Shown: positions 63,976-64,000 of the stretch, piece after piece | Position numbering within the stretch: position 1 is the stretch's first letter | Layout of the letters: each line of letters opens with the position of its first letter | NCBI GenBank assembly: GCA_016748015.1 | Contig: JAAOMT010000283.1 | Location: 66,108-130,107, forward strand | DNA length: 64,000 bases | Direction of reading: 5' to 3' | Origin: Geosiphon pyriformis uo1 | Lineage: Eukaryota; Fungi; Glomeromycota | Notes under the pieces: generated by a model | The model's database searches: none | Told to the model about the DNA's origin: nothing | The model's input: the letters and a program-made list of their open reading frames with translations, nothing else | Position numbers and translations under genes: made by a program

Positions 63976-64000
63976 ACACAATAATTCAGGAAACATGAAT

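Larger units (their letters stand above)
50378..64000 (+). mobile_element. Ty3/Gypsy-type LTR element, family A, element 3 (5' part; continues beyond the window)
   Basis: 5' LTR 50378-51218, PBS TGGTGCTCCCTGTGAGG, gag from GTG 51281. Gag is split at 52251/62385 and at 62995/63976 by nested insertions. Confidence 0.92.

Overview
Eukaryotic, AT-rich, intron-containing DNA, most likely from an early-diverging fungus (Glomeromycotina/Mucoromycota, e.g. Geosiphon-like; this is inference from composition and protein-family style, not a database match). The first ~7.2 kb is CpG-retaining host-like DNA. It holds the 5' end of a signal-peptide gene, a spliced PD-(D/E)xK-like pseudogene, and a 2.64-kb TIR-bounded insertion made of a 210-bp tandem array. 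The remaining ~57 kb is a nested transposon graveyard: a MULE/FAR1 transposase relic, LINE relics (one ORF1-only derivative), four family-A and one family-B Ty3/Gypsy-type LTR elements, and two family-B solo LTRs. All are decayed by C>T/G>A transitions; the six insertions with both ends in view show 4-bp TSDs (two degenerate). Comparing the copies reveals an unusual shared design. ORF1 starts at a conserved GTG and runs Gag-PR-Cys-rich-dUTPase-RT-RNaseH in one frame, stopping right after RNase H. Integrase follows as a separate ATG-initiated ORF behind a variable A/C-rich spacer. A conserved ~210-codon ORF3 sits before the PPT. An LTR hairpin has its loop flipped between the 5' and 3' LTR in two independent elements. 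Three N-gaps are present, and a 2.4-kb exact duplication at one gap is probably an assembly artefact. All alignments were done by eye.
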